Shown here piece after piece: positions 1 to 9,262 of a DNA stretch of 61,096 nucleotides; position 1 is the stretch's first letter, and each line of letters starts with the position of its first letter. Below the pieces are notes generated by a model, which did no database searches, was not told where the DNA came from, and saw nothing but the letters and a program-made list of their open reading frames with translations. The DNA is from an uncultured Candidatus Saccharibacteria bacterium (lineage in GTDB: Bacteria; Patescibacteriota; Minisyncoccia; Phycocordibacterales; UBA9973). The position numbers and the translations under genes are program-made. Where the stretch lies: assembly GCA_964482735.1 (NCBI GenBank), contig CAYZYV010000003.1, positions 1 to 61,096 on the forward strand, read 5' to 3'.

Positions 1-64
1 AGAAGGAGCAATGAAAATAGTAGAAGGTAGTGCTCGTTCAGCTGGAATCACAGTAATAGACTAA
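1..64 (+). CDS. rplK: 50S ribosomal protein uL11, 3' end only (partial)
   Basis: Frame 2 reads EGAMKIVEGSARSAGITVID*, matching the conserved L11 C-terminus (AAMKxIxGTARSMG). Too short for the ORF track. Confidence 0.85.
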   Translation, partial: EGAMKIVEGSARSAGITVID

Positions 65-82
65 TTCAAAATTTTAGAAAAC

Positions 83-117
83 AATCAAAAAACTTCCCGA
101 AGGGAAGTTTTTTGATT
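83..117. terminator. Bidirectional intrinsic terminator
   Basis: AATCAAAAAACTTCCC-GAA-GGGAAGTTTTTTGATT perfect hairpin between convergent rplK and GT2. Confidence 0.85.
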
Positions 118-1079
118 TATAAAGCATCTGTTTTAATTAAATAAGTTCTGCCGTGTTTGAGTCTGTAAAAAAAGATTAGTGTATTTATGATTCGGATTCC
201 AAACTTCCCCAAAAAGCTTAAGTAGTAGCCCACTTTTGCTGGTAAAAATCTTTTTTGAACTCTAAGAGATTCTTTAAAACAATCTCTGCTTTTTATTTTA
301 TCTCCTCCCATAAAATACATAACCCCCAATCTGAACCATCCTACATGTACATAATCATATTTTTCATATAGATTTCGATGTTTATTAAAGACATACTCAG
401 CATCCTTAACTTTCAGCAGACTATCCTTTGTTGCTTTTGTTACATTGTTGTCATGAAAATGATAATTGAATAGAGGTTTATTTATAAAACTTATTTTAAA
501 ATTATTTTCACAAACCCTAATCCACATATCCCAATCCTCGGAATATTTCATTTTCTCATCTCGTTTACCTACGATATTAATTACATCTTTTTTAATTAGA
601 ACACTACTGTTACTATAAATAGGATTCCTCAAAAGAATTTCAGGGAAATTAACCTTTATATTTTTAGGATTGTACACGCTGAACTTTTTTTTCTTTTTAT
701 TTATTAAATTTACACCACACGATACGAGACCAAGATTTTCATCTTTTGAATTCTGAAAAACTTTTAATTGTTTTTCTAATTTTTCGGGGAACCATTCATC
801 ATCATGGTCTAGGAAAGCGATATATTCTCCTTCAGCTTTTTCTACTCCAATGTTTTTTGGAGTAGCAGGTCCGCCTGAATTTTCAGGGGTTTTAAAGAAT
901 TTTATTCTCTTATCAAATTTGGTGAATTCTTTAACTGCTAATTCGGTGCCGTCTTTTGAGCAATCATCAACAATTATAAGCTCCCAATCACGAAAAGTTT
1001 GAGCGAGGACACTTCCTATGGTTCTTTTTATAAAACGACTACTATTGTATGCTGGGATGATGATTGATACTTTGGGCAT
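117..1079 (-). CDS. Glycosyltransferase family 2
   Basis: VSIIIPAYN, IIVDDCSKD, AFLDHDD (DxD) and EDWDMW motifs. Confidence 0.92.
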   Translation of the reverse strand: MPKVSIIIPAYNSSRFIKRTIGSVLAQTFRDWELIIVDDCSKDGTELAVKEFTKFDKRIKFFKTPENSGGPATPKNIGVEKAEGEYIAFLDHDDEWFPEKLEKQLKVFQNSKDENLGLVSCGVNLINKKKKKFSVYNPKNIKVNFPEILLRNPIYSNSSVLIKKDVINIVGKRDEKMKYSEDWDMWIRVCENNFKISFINKPLFNYHFHDNNVTKATKDSLLKVKDAEYVFNKHRNLYEKYDYVHVGWFRLGVMYFMGGDKIKSRDCFKESLRVQKRFLPAKVGYYLSFLGKFGIRIINTLIFFYRLKHGRTYLIKTDAL

Positions 1080-1122
1080 GTTTAAGCACTTAATGATTTA
1101 TGATATAATCAATATATAACAA

Positions 1123-1905
1123 ATGAGGACAAAAAGCCATGAAAATTATAGAGAATTGGTGATGCGACTTGCCAAGACAGATTTCAAACTCCGATATCAT
1201 GGAAGCACTTTGGGTTACCTTTGGGCTATCCTTCGTCCTCTTTTAATGTTCACTATCTTAAACTTTGTCTTCTCCTCTATTTTTAATTTTAGGAATTCTG
1301 GTACACCGAATTATCCACTTGAACTTCTAACTGGTCTTTTAATGTTTCAATTCTTCTCAGAGGGGACAGTGAATGGCATGAACGCCTTGTTGGTAAAATC
1401 ACAATTAGTAACAAAGATATACATTCCGAGGTGGACGATTATACTTGGATCTTCGGTCAACGCTCTGTTTATTTATGGTATGAATTTGATCGTCTTATCA
1501 GTTTTCTTTATTGTTTATGGCATTACTCCTTCTATCCCTGCTATTCTAATGTTCTTTTTCTTGTCTCTATTGCTATATATTCTAATTATTGCCTTTTCAT
1601 TTTTGACAGCTCCTCTTTTGGTTCGTTTTAGGGATTTGTCAATGATCTGGGAGGTTTTGTTGCAGATTTTAATGTACGCTTCGCCAATTATTTATCCACT
1701 TGCGATGATGCCGGAATACATTCAGAAAATTATGCTTTTCAATCCGCTTGCTTTTATCATCCATTTCTCAAAGAGGGGGTTGATCGAAAATTATTTTACA
1801 AACTTTTCAAATGTCTTATATTTAATTATTGGGGTGATTGGAATTTTTGCAATTTCATTATTAGTTTATAAAAAAACCGAACGTCGAGTCGCTGAGAATA
1901 TATAA
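1123..1905 (+). CDS. wzm: ABC-2 polysaccharide export permease (Wzm-like)
   Basis: DFKLRYHGSTLGYLWAILRPLL, FRDL, YASPIIYP and NPLA motifs; about 6 TM segments. Confidence 0.9.
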   Translation: MRTKSHENYRELVMRLAKTDFKLRYHGSTLGYLWAILRPLLMFTILNFVFSSIFNFRNSGTPNYPLELLTGLLMFQFFSEGTVNGMNALLVKSQLVTKIYIPRWTIILGSSVNALFIYGMNLIVLSVFFIVYGITPSIPAILMFFFLSLLLYILIIAFSFLTAPLLVRFRDLSMIWEVLLQILMYASPIIYPLAMMPEYIQKIMLFNPLAFIIHFSKRGLIENYFTNFSNVLYLIIGVIGIFAISLLVYKKTERRVAENI

Positions 1906-1918
1906 TCATAATTCCAAC

Positions 1919-2674
1919 GTGATGAATAAAGAAAATAAAACTGAAAATGCCATCGTAGTGAAAAACGTCTCAAAAAGGTTTATTATTCCTCATGAGAAAA
2001 TCAGCACTCTAAAGGGGGCGTTCATAAGCTTTTTTAAGAAAAAAGATTACGAAGTTTTTGACGCTCTAAAAGACGTGTCTTTTGAGGTTAAAAAAGGTGA
2101 ATTCTTCGGAATTATTGGACGAAATGGAAGTGGAAAATCTACTTTATTAAAGATTCTTGCCGGAATATATGTTCCAAATAAAGGCTCTGTAAAGATCCAT
2201 GGACGAATTTCACCGTTTTTGGAATTGGGAATTGGGTTTAATCCTGAACTTTCTGGAAGAGACAATATCTATCTAAACGGGACAGTTTTAGGTCTTACCA
2301 AAAAACAAATAGATGAAAAATTTGATTCCATTGTAGCTTTTTCTGAACTTGAAAGATTTATTGATCAAAAATTAAAAAATTATTCTTCTGGAATGTCTGT
2401 TCGCCTTGCATTCTCTGTTGCAATACATGCAAACCGAGATATTCTTCTCATGGATGAAGTTCTTGCAGTAGGGGATATCAATTTTCAACAAAAGTGTTTA
2501 GATGAATTTATGAGATATCGTGAACAAGGCAAGACTGTTATATTGGTAACTCATAACATAGATATTGTAGAAAAATATTGTGATATAGTAATGTTAATAG
2601 AAAACGGCGAGATACGAAAAATAAGTAACGCAAAAGATGTTGTCGAAGAATATAAAAATTTAAATAATCAATAA
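1919..2674 (+). CDS. wzt: ABC polysaccharide export ATPase (Wzt-like, no C-terminal carbohydrate-binding domain)
   Basis: Walker A GRNGSGKST, YSSGM signature, LMDEVLAVGD Walker B; 251 aa. Confidence 0.92.
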   Translation: MMNKENKTENAIVVKNVSKRFIIPHEKISTLKGAFISFFKKKDYEVFDALKDVSFEVKKGEFFGIIGRNGSGKSTLLKILAGIYVPNKGSVKIHGRISPFLELGIGFNPELSGRDNIYLNGTVLGLTKKQIDEKFDSIVAFSELERFIDQKLKNYSSGMSVRLAFSVAIHANRDILLMDEVLAVGDINFQQKCLDEFMRYREQGKTVILVTHNIDIVEKYCDIVMLIENGEIRKISNAKDVVEEYKNLNNQ

Positions 2675-2675
2675 G

Positions 2676-4010
2676 ATGAAAATAGAAGGATTACCGGAAG
2701 CAACAAAAGATTTACAAGTTGGAAATACTGGATTTTTGAAAAGATTATTTTTTTTATTATACAAAGGTTTTTGTGTTCTTAAAAAAGAAGGGCTGTTAAT
2801 TTTTCTGAAAAAAACTACAATGTTTTTAGCGAGAAACTGTAATCGCAGAATATTTAATCCTGTTTTTTTGTTTTTTTATAAAAAGAAAATTATTTTAAAA
2901 TCGCAGCAAAAAATAAAAGACTTTATAAAAAATAAAAATTTTTTAATGTTTGCTCCTTGGGTTGTTCTTGGTGGGGCAGACAAACTGATAATTGAATATA
3001 TTAGAGCAGCAAGAAATGAGTTTAAAATTGGGCTAATAACAACAATTAAACCAGGGGATAGAGTAAGCATGGTAGATTCTCCTTTTTTTGACTTGAATTC
3101 AAGTATTAAAGGATGGAATTATTTATCCGAAGATGAACAGTGTGATATTATCGTAGACGCGATAATAAATTCTAGTGTAAAAATAATCCATATAGTTAAT
3201 TCAGAATTAGCAATAAAAATGGTTTTATCAAAAAAGAAAGCCCTAGATAAAAATAACATAAAAATAGTAACCTCTCTTTTTGCCCTTGGGTATGATAAAA
3301 GTGTTGAAAAATTTTCCGGGTATCCATTAATGTATCCTAATATCATGATTGATTCAAATTTAATTTTAAGTGACAATAAATATTGGTTTTCTATATTCAG
3401 AGAAATAATAGGTATGGAATTTAATTACAAAAAAATACATTCTCCAGTTAAAAAGCATAATATTAACAAAAAAAGTTTAATTATTAAGAAAAAGATTCTT
3501 TGGGCTTCAAGAATTTGTGATACTAAATTTATAGATTTACTATATAAGATTTGTCAATCAGAAGAACAAATCACCTTTGTGATCTATGGCAATATAGGAG
3601 ATGATCGTGATGCTAATATGTTTTTTGATAAGATTGTAAAACTAAAAAACATAGAATATCGTGGTGCCTTTAATGATTTTTTGCAAGTAGATCCAACAGA
3701 ATTTGATATTTTTTTATATACTTCCTATATAGATGGATTACCTAACATAGTATTAGAAATTTCAACTATGGGTATTCCCATAATATCCTCAAAAATTTGT
3801 GGAGTTTCGGAAGTTTTAGGGAACAGTAATCTCTTAGTAGAAAATATAGAAGATTTTAATGAGTATATAAAGAAGATTAATGTTTTTTATAATAACCCTA
3901 TGCAATTTTATAAAGATGCTAGTAAAATTAGATATAAGGTTCAAGAAACTCATTCAGAAGAAAATTTTAAAAAGGAATATCTAGAAGCTATTAATTTGTT
4001 GTTAAGTTAG
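2676..4010 (+). CDS. Glycosyltransferase family 4 (GT-B)
   Basis: C-terminal FLYTSYIDGLPNIVLEISTMGIPIISS resembles the GT4 E-x7-E-type motif; GGADK N-terminal motif. Confidence 0.8.
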   Translation: MKIEGLPEATKDLQVGNTGFLKRLFFLLYKGFCVLKKEGLLIFLKKTTMFLARNCNRRIFNPVFLFFYKKKIILKSQQKIKDFIKNKNFLMFAPWVVLGGADKLIIEYIRAARNEFKIGLITTIKPGDRVSMVDSPFFDLNSSIKGWNYLSEDEQCDIIVDAIINSSVKIIHIVNSELAIKMVLSKKKALDKNNIKIVTSLFALGYDKSVEKFSGYPLMYPNIMIDSNLILSDNKYWFSIFREIIGMEFNYKKIHSPVKKHNINKKSLIIKKKILWASRICDTKFIDLLYKICQSEEQITFVIYGNIGDDRDANMFFDKIVKLKNIEYRGAFNDFLQVDPTEFDIFLYTSYIDGLPNIVLEISTMGIPIISSKICGVSEVLGNSNLLVENIEDFNEYIKKINVFYNNPMQFYKDASKIRYKVQETHSEENFKKEYLEAINLLLS

Positions 4011-4810
4011 TGGTAAATAAATATATGGATTTAAAAAAAATAAGTATAATTATCCCAACTTTTAACCAAGAAGCATACTTGTCCCAGACTTTGCTATCTG
4101 TAAAAAAACAAAATTATAATAATTGGGAGTGTATAATAGTTGATGATGGTTCAACTGATAGTACAAAAAAGATAGTAGAAAAATTTATAACCGAAGATTC
4201 CCGTTTTACTTATTACTACCAGCAGAATCAAGGTCCATCTGCGGCTAGAAACTATGGAATTTCAAAAAGTAACGGAGAGTATATATTACCTTTAGATTCA
4301 GATGACTTGATTTCTGCTAATTATATTAAGGATGCAATAGGTGTTCTAGAAAAGAATCCACGAGTAAAGTTGGTCTATTGTGATGCTGTCTTTTTTGGAG
4401 AAAAGACAGGGTCTTGGTTGTTGCCAGCTTATTCTTATAAGAAGATGCTTTTGGAGAATGTTATTTTTTGTTCTGCTGTTTATCGAAAGTCTGATTACCT
4501 TAAAACAAAGGGGTATGATAATACCATGAGAAGTGGACTAGAAGATTGGGATTTCTGGTTGTCAATCTTAAAGAAAGAAGATTCTGTTTTTAAAATATCA
4601 GAAACCCATTTTTTTTATAGAATAAGAAAAATGTCAAGAAATTTTATTATAAATTCAAATTTTATAATATTATTTTGGCTAAGGCTAAAAATTTATTCAA
4701 AACACTTTCGTTTATATGATTTTACTTCTACATTACTATACTTCTTAAAAACTTTTTATTTTGTAGCTTGTTCTATTAAATCTAATTTAACTAAAGAGTC
4801 CAAAGGATAA
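4010..4810 (+). CDS. Glycosyltransferase family 2
   Basis: ISIIIPTFN, IVDDGSTD, PLDSDD and EDWDFW motifs. Confidence 0.92.
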   Translation: MVNKYMDLKKISIIIPTFNQEAYLSQTLLSVKKQNYNNWECIIVDDGSTDSTKKIVEKFITEDSRFTYYYQQNQGPSAARNYGISKSNGEYILPLDSDDLISANYIKDAIGVLEKNPRVKLVYCDAVFFGEKTGSWLLPAYSYKKMLLENVIFCSAVYRKSDYLKTKGYDNTMRSGLEDWDFWLSILKKEDSVFKISETHFFYRIRKMSRNFIINSNFIILFWLRLKIYSKHFRLYDFTSTLLYFLKTFYFVACSIKSNLTKESKG

Positions 4811-4906
4811 CAACAAAAATAAAGTCCCTTCTTTCTATTTAAAAATAAGATTATTGAGAAAAACTATCGGTAAATACAATAAAACAAATGTATTTCGTGT
4901 GTTCTC

Positions 4907-4935
4907 TTGACTATTTTTGGGGAAAATGTTATACT
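4907..4935 (+). promoter_or_regulatory. Sigma70-type promoter
   Basis: TTGACT-17 nt-TATACT with an extended -10 TG. Confidence 0.6.
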
Positions 4936-5022
4936 CTATACAAGTTAATAAGGACTGGTGAAACGCACCAGCCAATTTGTATTGTTCATTGTATAAAAAT
5001 CAAAATAAAAATATAGTTAGTA

Positions 5023-5577
5023 ATGAAGAAAATTTTTGTTTTTTTGTTTATCCTTATCTTTTTTCCTCCTCAGTTAGGTAATAGTAGTATATTGAATGAG
5101 AATATAAAGAATATAGGGACAAGCAAAATAAAAGAGTCTGTTATTAAAAGCCACTCAAAAAGTAAAACCTTTAGGGTGGATAATTTCGATTTAAATGATA
5201 CTGTTTGGCATAAAGCTCAAGCTTCGTATTATGATCCAGAAGATCAACTACAAACAAAAGAGAATCCAAATGGAGTGGGGGCCTTTGGTCGCAAGATTGA
5301 TTCGGGGTCAATAGCTTTGGGCTCTAAGTTCACAAGGACTTTTATAAAAAAAGACGCAACTGTTTTTATAGAAGTAAAAGAACTTAGTCACATAAAGACT
5401 CCATATGGATATGGAATCTTTAGAATAGATGATCAAATGGGGAAGAGATTTTCGAGTAATAATAAATTCTTTGTTGATTTCTACCGGCATGACCTGCCGG
5501 AGAGACTGAAACGACTTGGTCGTTTCAGTATTAGTTTTAGGTTCATTTCATTTCACCAAGCCGAGTCATTTTCGTGA
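5023..5577 (+). CDS. Secreted 3D/RlpA-like double-psi beta-barrel protein (possible peptidoglycan-active)
   Basis: N-terminal signal-like segment; AQASYY...IALG...RIDDQMG...VDFY pattern resembles 3D/DPBB domains. Confidence 0.5.
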   Translation: MKKIFVFLFILIFFPPQLGNSSILNENIKNIGTSKIKESVIKSHSKSKTFRVDNFDLNDTVWHKAQASYYDPEDQLQTKENPNGVGAFGRKIDSGSIALGSKFTRTFIKKDATVFIEVKELSHIKTPYGYGIFRIDDQMGKRFSSNNKFFVDFYRHDLPERLKRLGRFSISFRFISFHQAESFS

Positions 5578-5603
5578 CCGGCTTTTTTCTTGCTTAATTT
5601 GTA

Positions 5604-5632
5604 TTGACAAACTAGCTTAAATATGATACAAT
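5604..5632 (+). promoter_or_regulatory. Sigma70-type promoter
   Basis: TTGACA-17 nt-TACAAT with an extended -10 TG. Confidence 0.7.
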
Positions 5633-5732
5633 ATATAAAGAAGGGTAGATCATTGATAAAAATTTAAAAATTAGTTTTCAGAGTTGATTTTTCAAAGTCC
5701 TTTCTGAAAACTAATTTTTAAATTAAGAAATC

Positions 5733-6035
5733 ATGAAAAATAATGAATCTTTAAGATTGACATTGCTGAGTATGGCATTTCCATTGATCGCTATAATTAT
5801 CATCGTTTTGGTAACGTTAATACCTGAACAAGAAGAAGGCTGGTATGTAGGGCAGAGGGCTGACGGAATCCACATGGTGCAGATGGATAATGGGAAAAAT
5901 GCTGAGGCAATGATGAAGGACGAGGTCAAAGCCAGATTAAATCGGGAAAAGAAGTCCCGTTTTAATACCATAAGGGTAATTATGGAGAGAGATTCCAACG
6001 GGAATCTTGTTATCATTGATAGCGAAGTTAAATAA
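5733..6035 (+). CDS. Hypothetical single-TM protein
   Basis: 100-aa ORF with an N-terminal hydrophobic helix, its own promoter, and a downstream hairpin at 6055-6082. Confidence 0.6.
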   Translation: MKNNESLRLTLLSMAFPLIAIIIIVLVTLIPEQEEGWYVGQRADGIHMVQMDNGKNAEAMMKDEVKARLNREKKSRFNTIRVIMERDSNGNLVIIDSEVK

Positions 6036-6125
6036 TTCCCTAGTACAAAAATTAACAACCGCAAAGCATAGCTTTGCGGTTGATTTTATTTAATCTTGCT
6101 CACTACTTTAAAATGTCTGCTATAT

Positions 6126-6194
6126 ATTGGTGTCGTGTTTGCTTCCTTCTATTCGTGTCATTCGTTTTCATTCGTGGATTGGTGTCGTGTTTGA
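6126..6194 (+). repeat. Dispersed ~50-bp repeat family, array A
   Basis: ATTCGTGTCATTCG-N4-CATTCGTGGATTGGTGTCGTGTTTGA; the same unit recurs at 15.7, 18.1 and 19.3 kb. Confidence 0.9.
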
Positions 6195-6199
6195 TCCCC

Positions 6200-6256
6200 T
6201 TAGTGTTTAAAAATTATTTGTACCGTGCGAACAAAAATTCCGAAATCCATGAAAAT
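6200..6256 (+). repeat. 57-bp direct repeat duplicating the 3' end of the sugar transferase gene
   Basis: Identical to 7922-7978 except one synonymous change; the minus strand of both encodes IFMDFGIFVRTVQIIFKH*. Confidence 0.92.
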
Positions 6257-6258
6257 TA

Positions 6259-6327
6259 TAATCGTATCATTTAGTTGCTTTAATCGTATCATTATGATAC
6301 GATTAAAAGATAAAAATGATACGATTA
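6259..6327. promoter_or_regulatory. Symmetric four-site operator-like array over the Fic gene start
   Basis: TAATCGTATCAT at 6259 and 6281 (+); its reverse complement at 6294 and 6316 (-). 22-bp spacing; the last site includes the ATG. Confidence 0.75.
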
Positions 6328-7368
6328 AATAATAGACAAATTAATATTTTAGAAAAAATTACCTTAGGGGGAGAAGTTTCTTCCTCAGATGTTTTTAGTT
6401 ACCTAAACGAAAGGGTTTCATTAATTACCGTAAAACGTGATTTAGATTATTTGACAACGTTAAAATATTTAGAACGTAAAGGAAAAGGAAGATCAACTTT
6501 TTACCTAAAAACAATTTTGGGAACTTTATTCACCCCGATAAATGCGGAAGAGTATAACAAGGTAGATCCGGATAAGAGATCTGGTGATGATAGTTTTAAT
6601 TTTAAATTGTTTGAAAATTTCCCTAGAAGTTTATTTTTTGATGAAGAGAAAAAAGTTCTTGATACTGCAACTAAAAATTATAGTAAAAAGATAAAGAAAA
6701 TATCAAATGTAATAAAGTCAAAGGAGTTAGAAAGATTTGTTATTGAGCTTTCTTGGAAATCATCAAAGATAGAAGGTAATACTTATACGTTGTTAGATAC
6801 AGAAAAATTAATAAAAGAGGGAATTCCTTCTAATAAAAATACAAAAGAAGAAACAACAATGATTCTAAACCACAAAAAAGCTTTTTCCTTTGTTTTAAAG
6901 AATGTGAACCTTTTGTCTAAGAAAGGAATCAATTCTTCTTTTGTTGAAAAAGTCCACGAGATTTTAATAGATGGGCTAGGGGTAAAAAAAGGTGTTCGTA
7001 ATGGGTTGGTAGGCATAACAGGAACTAAATATAAACCCCTTGATAATAAATACCAAATCAATGAAGCTTTAGAGGAACTCTATAAAACAGTAAATAAAAT
7101 AGACGATGTATATAGTAGGGCACTAAGTTTGCTTGTTGGTATTTCTTATATACAACCATTTGAAGATGGGAATAAAAGAGCGGCACGCCTATTATCAAAT
7201 GCAATTCTTCTTGCATACAATTGTGCACCTTTGTCGTATCGAAGTGTTGATGAAGAAAAATATAGGGAATCAATCCTTGTTTTCTATGAAAAAAATTCTA
7301 TTATGCCAATGAAAAATATTTTTCTAAATCAATATCTGTTTTCTACTGAAAATTATCTTGTTAAATAA
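6316..7368 (+). CDS. Fic-family protein with N-terminal winged HTH
   Basis: N-terminal SLITVKRDLDYL...GKGRSTFY wHTH; SSKIEGN; Fic-like motif QPFEDGNKRAAR. Confidence 0.88.
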   Translation: MIRLNNRQINILEKITLGGEVSSSDVFSYLNERVSLITVKRDLDYLTTLKYLERKGKGRSTFYLKTILGTLFTPINAEEYNKVDPDKRSGDDSFNFKLFENFPRSLFFDEEKKVLDTATKNYSKKIKKISNVIKSKELERFVIELSWKSSKIEGNTYTLLDTEKLIKEGIPSNKNTKEETTMILNHKKAFSFVLKNVNLLSKKGINSSFVEKVHEILIDGLGVKKGVRNGLVGITGTKYKPLDNKYQINEALEELYKTVNKIDDVYSRALSLLVGISYIQPFEDGNKRAARLLSNAILLAYNCAPLSYRSVDEEKYRESILVFYEKNSIMPMKNIFLNQYLFSTENYLVK

Positions 7369-7452
7369 TTAGTAGTGTTGAACAGTATTGAGTTGATCGA
7401 CAAAAGAATTTTTAAGGAAAGTGCATCTTTAATTATTTTAACTATTAGAATT

Positions 7453-7827
7453 ATGAAAAATGGAAAAGGATTAAGTCAAAGTTTTTTATACACATTAGTT
7501 TATGTAATAATAGGAATATTTGTTGGGATTTTAGAATCTGCTTTTTTGACGGTATCAGTGCTTCCACTATTGTTTTTAATGTTGATGCACTATGCTTATG
7601 AAGATAAGAGTAATTTTTGGGAAAATAATTTGGGCGTCATTTTCTTGGCGGTATGCTTCGTTGTCTCAGCCGTAACAATTTCATTTCTTGGAATTCATGG
7701 TTATAAAAATGGTAAGAGATACGATAAGAGCCAGACAAACAAGAAAAAGTGGCTTATCATTGCCCTTATAGTAGAAGTTTTAATTTTAATACCAGCGCTG
7801 TACTTCTTTGTCGGAATAATTTCATAA
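7453..7827 (+). CDS. Hypothetical membrane protein (about 4 TM)
   Basis: Hydrophobic ORF; ATG at 7453 preferred over the GTG at 7375. Confidence 0.6.
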   Translation: MKNGKGLSQSFLYTLVYVIIGIFVGILESAFLTVSVLPLLFLMLMHYAYEDKSNFWENNLGVIFLAVCFVVSAVTISFLGIHGYKNGKRYDKSQTNKKKWLIIALIVEVLILIPALYFFVGIIS

Positions 7828-7921
7828 TTTTTGGGTGTTTTAAAATAGCTTTTAGCTTTTACTCATTTTTCTGGTAGTAATGACGGTCCTTTTTATAGTG
7901 TTTGCATCGTGTTTGAAACCT

Positions 7922-9211
7922 TTAGTGTTTAAAAATTATTTGTACCGTACGAACAAAAATTCCGAAATCCATGAAAATGTTTCTATTTTTAATATAATAC
8001 AAATCATATTCAAATTTTTCTTTTGATGATAAAACTGAATTAGCATATCGGTATTTTATTTGTGCCCAGCCGGTAAAACCAGGTTTAATAATCTGACGAA
8101 TTCTGTAGTGGGGGATTTCTTTGATAAGGGCACTGACGAATTCAGGCCTCTCTGGCCTAGGACCAAATAGAGCTAATTCGCCCTTAATTATGTTTATCAT
8201 TTGAGGAATTTCATCTATATGAAGTTTACGAATAACTTTTCCTACTTTTGTTATGCGATTATCATTTTCTGTCGTCCAACGTGCACCGTTTTCTTCTGCA
8301 TTTACTCTCATTGATCTCAACTTAATTATATTAAACTCCTTATCGTCTAGCCCAACTCTTTTTTGAGTATAAAATACTGGGCCTTTATCTTCAATGAAAA
8401 TAAACATAGCTATGATGAGAATAACAGGGGAGAGAATTATCAAACCAATTACAGCAAATAAGATTTCTACCAATCTAGAAATAATTTTATAAACAAGATC
8501 TCTTTTGCCATTAATATTTTCAATAATCCAAGATTCGGAAACATAATCAACTGGAATCCTGAACAAATACTTTTCATAAGCCTCTGAAATATCAAGGATG
8601 TCATTTTTATTCTTGCGAATGTCGTTTAGTAACAAAGAATTGAGATTCTCGGTGTTTGTATCAATAACAAAAACAGCTTTTTTGATGTCTTTCCATTTCA
8701 ATAGAGACTCCTCTAGATTTGAAGAATAGTGAATTATTTTTAAACCAATTTGTGGGTTTTCTGAAATAGTCTTATTTAAATTATCGAGATATTGATGATC
8801 CCCGATTAAAATAGCAGGTCTAGTTATTTGATAAGCAGAAATAGAATAAAAAGATCTACGAATCAAGAATGAGATGATACTAAATCCGAGTGCTTGAAAT
8901 AACAGGTTTGCTTTAGGAGAAATTCCAAAAGATGGAATTAGATAAAACATAAAGATACCAAAAACAAAAGAGACCATGATAGCAAGTCCGAACTGTCTAA
9001 GGTGAGGAATGGTCGGTTTTATTTTGTATATATCGTATAGATCAAAGAGATAAAAAATCAAAGCCCAAACGATATAAAGAATCATAAAAGGACCAAAATG
9101 TTTAATTATGATATCGTGATTTGTTTCGCCATATCTGACATAAAGGATGGTTAAAAGGGTTAGCCAAAAAGCCACAAAGTCTCCAGCGATAATAAAACCA
9201 ATTCTTTTCAT
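7922..9211 (-). CDS. Polyprenyl-phosphate sugar phosphotransferase (WcaJ/WbaP-like priming glycosyltransferase)
   Basis: 4-5 N-terminal TM segments; KLRSM, RITKVGKVIRKLHIDEIPQ, GPRPERP and KPGFTGWAQ motifs. Start reassigned to MKRIGF at 9211. Confidence 0.92.
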   Translation of the reverse strand: MKRIGFIIAGDFVAFWLTLLTILYVRYGETNHDIIIKHFGPFMILYIVWALIFYLFDLYDIYKIKPTIPHLRQFGLAIMVSFVFGIFMFYLIPSFGISPKANLLFQALGFSIISFLIRRSFYSISAYQITRPAILIGDHQYLDNLNKTISENPQIGLKIIHYSSNLEESLLKWKDIKKAVFVIDTNTENLNSLLLNDIRKNKNDILDISEAYEKYLFRIPVDYVSESWIIENINGKRDLVYKIISRLVEILFAVIGLIILSPVILIIAMFIFIEDKGPVFYTQKRVGLDDKEFNIIKLRSMRVNAEENGARWTTENDNRITKVGKVIRKLHIDEIPQMINIIKGELALFGPRPERPEFVSALIKEIPHYRIRQIIKPGFTGWAQIKYRYANSVLSSKEKFEYDLYYIKNRNIFMDFGIFVRTVQIIFKH

Positions 9212-9262
9212 ATATAACAATATATTACCCCAATCCAACAAGAAATCAAACACGACACAAAT

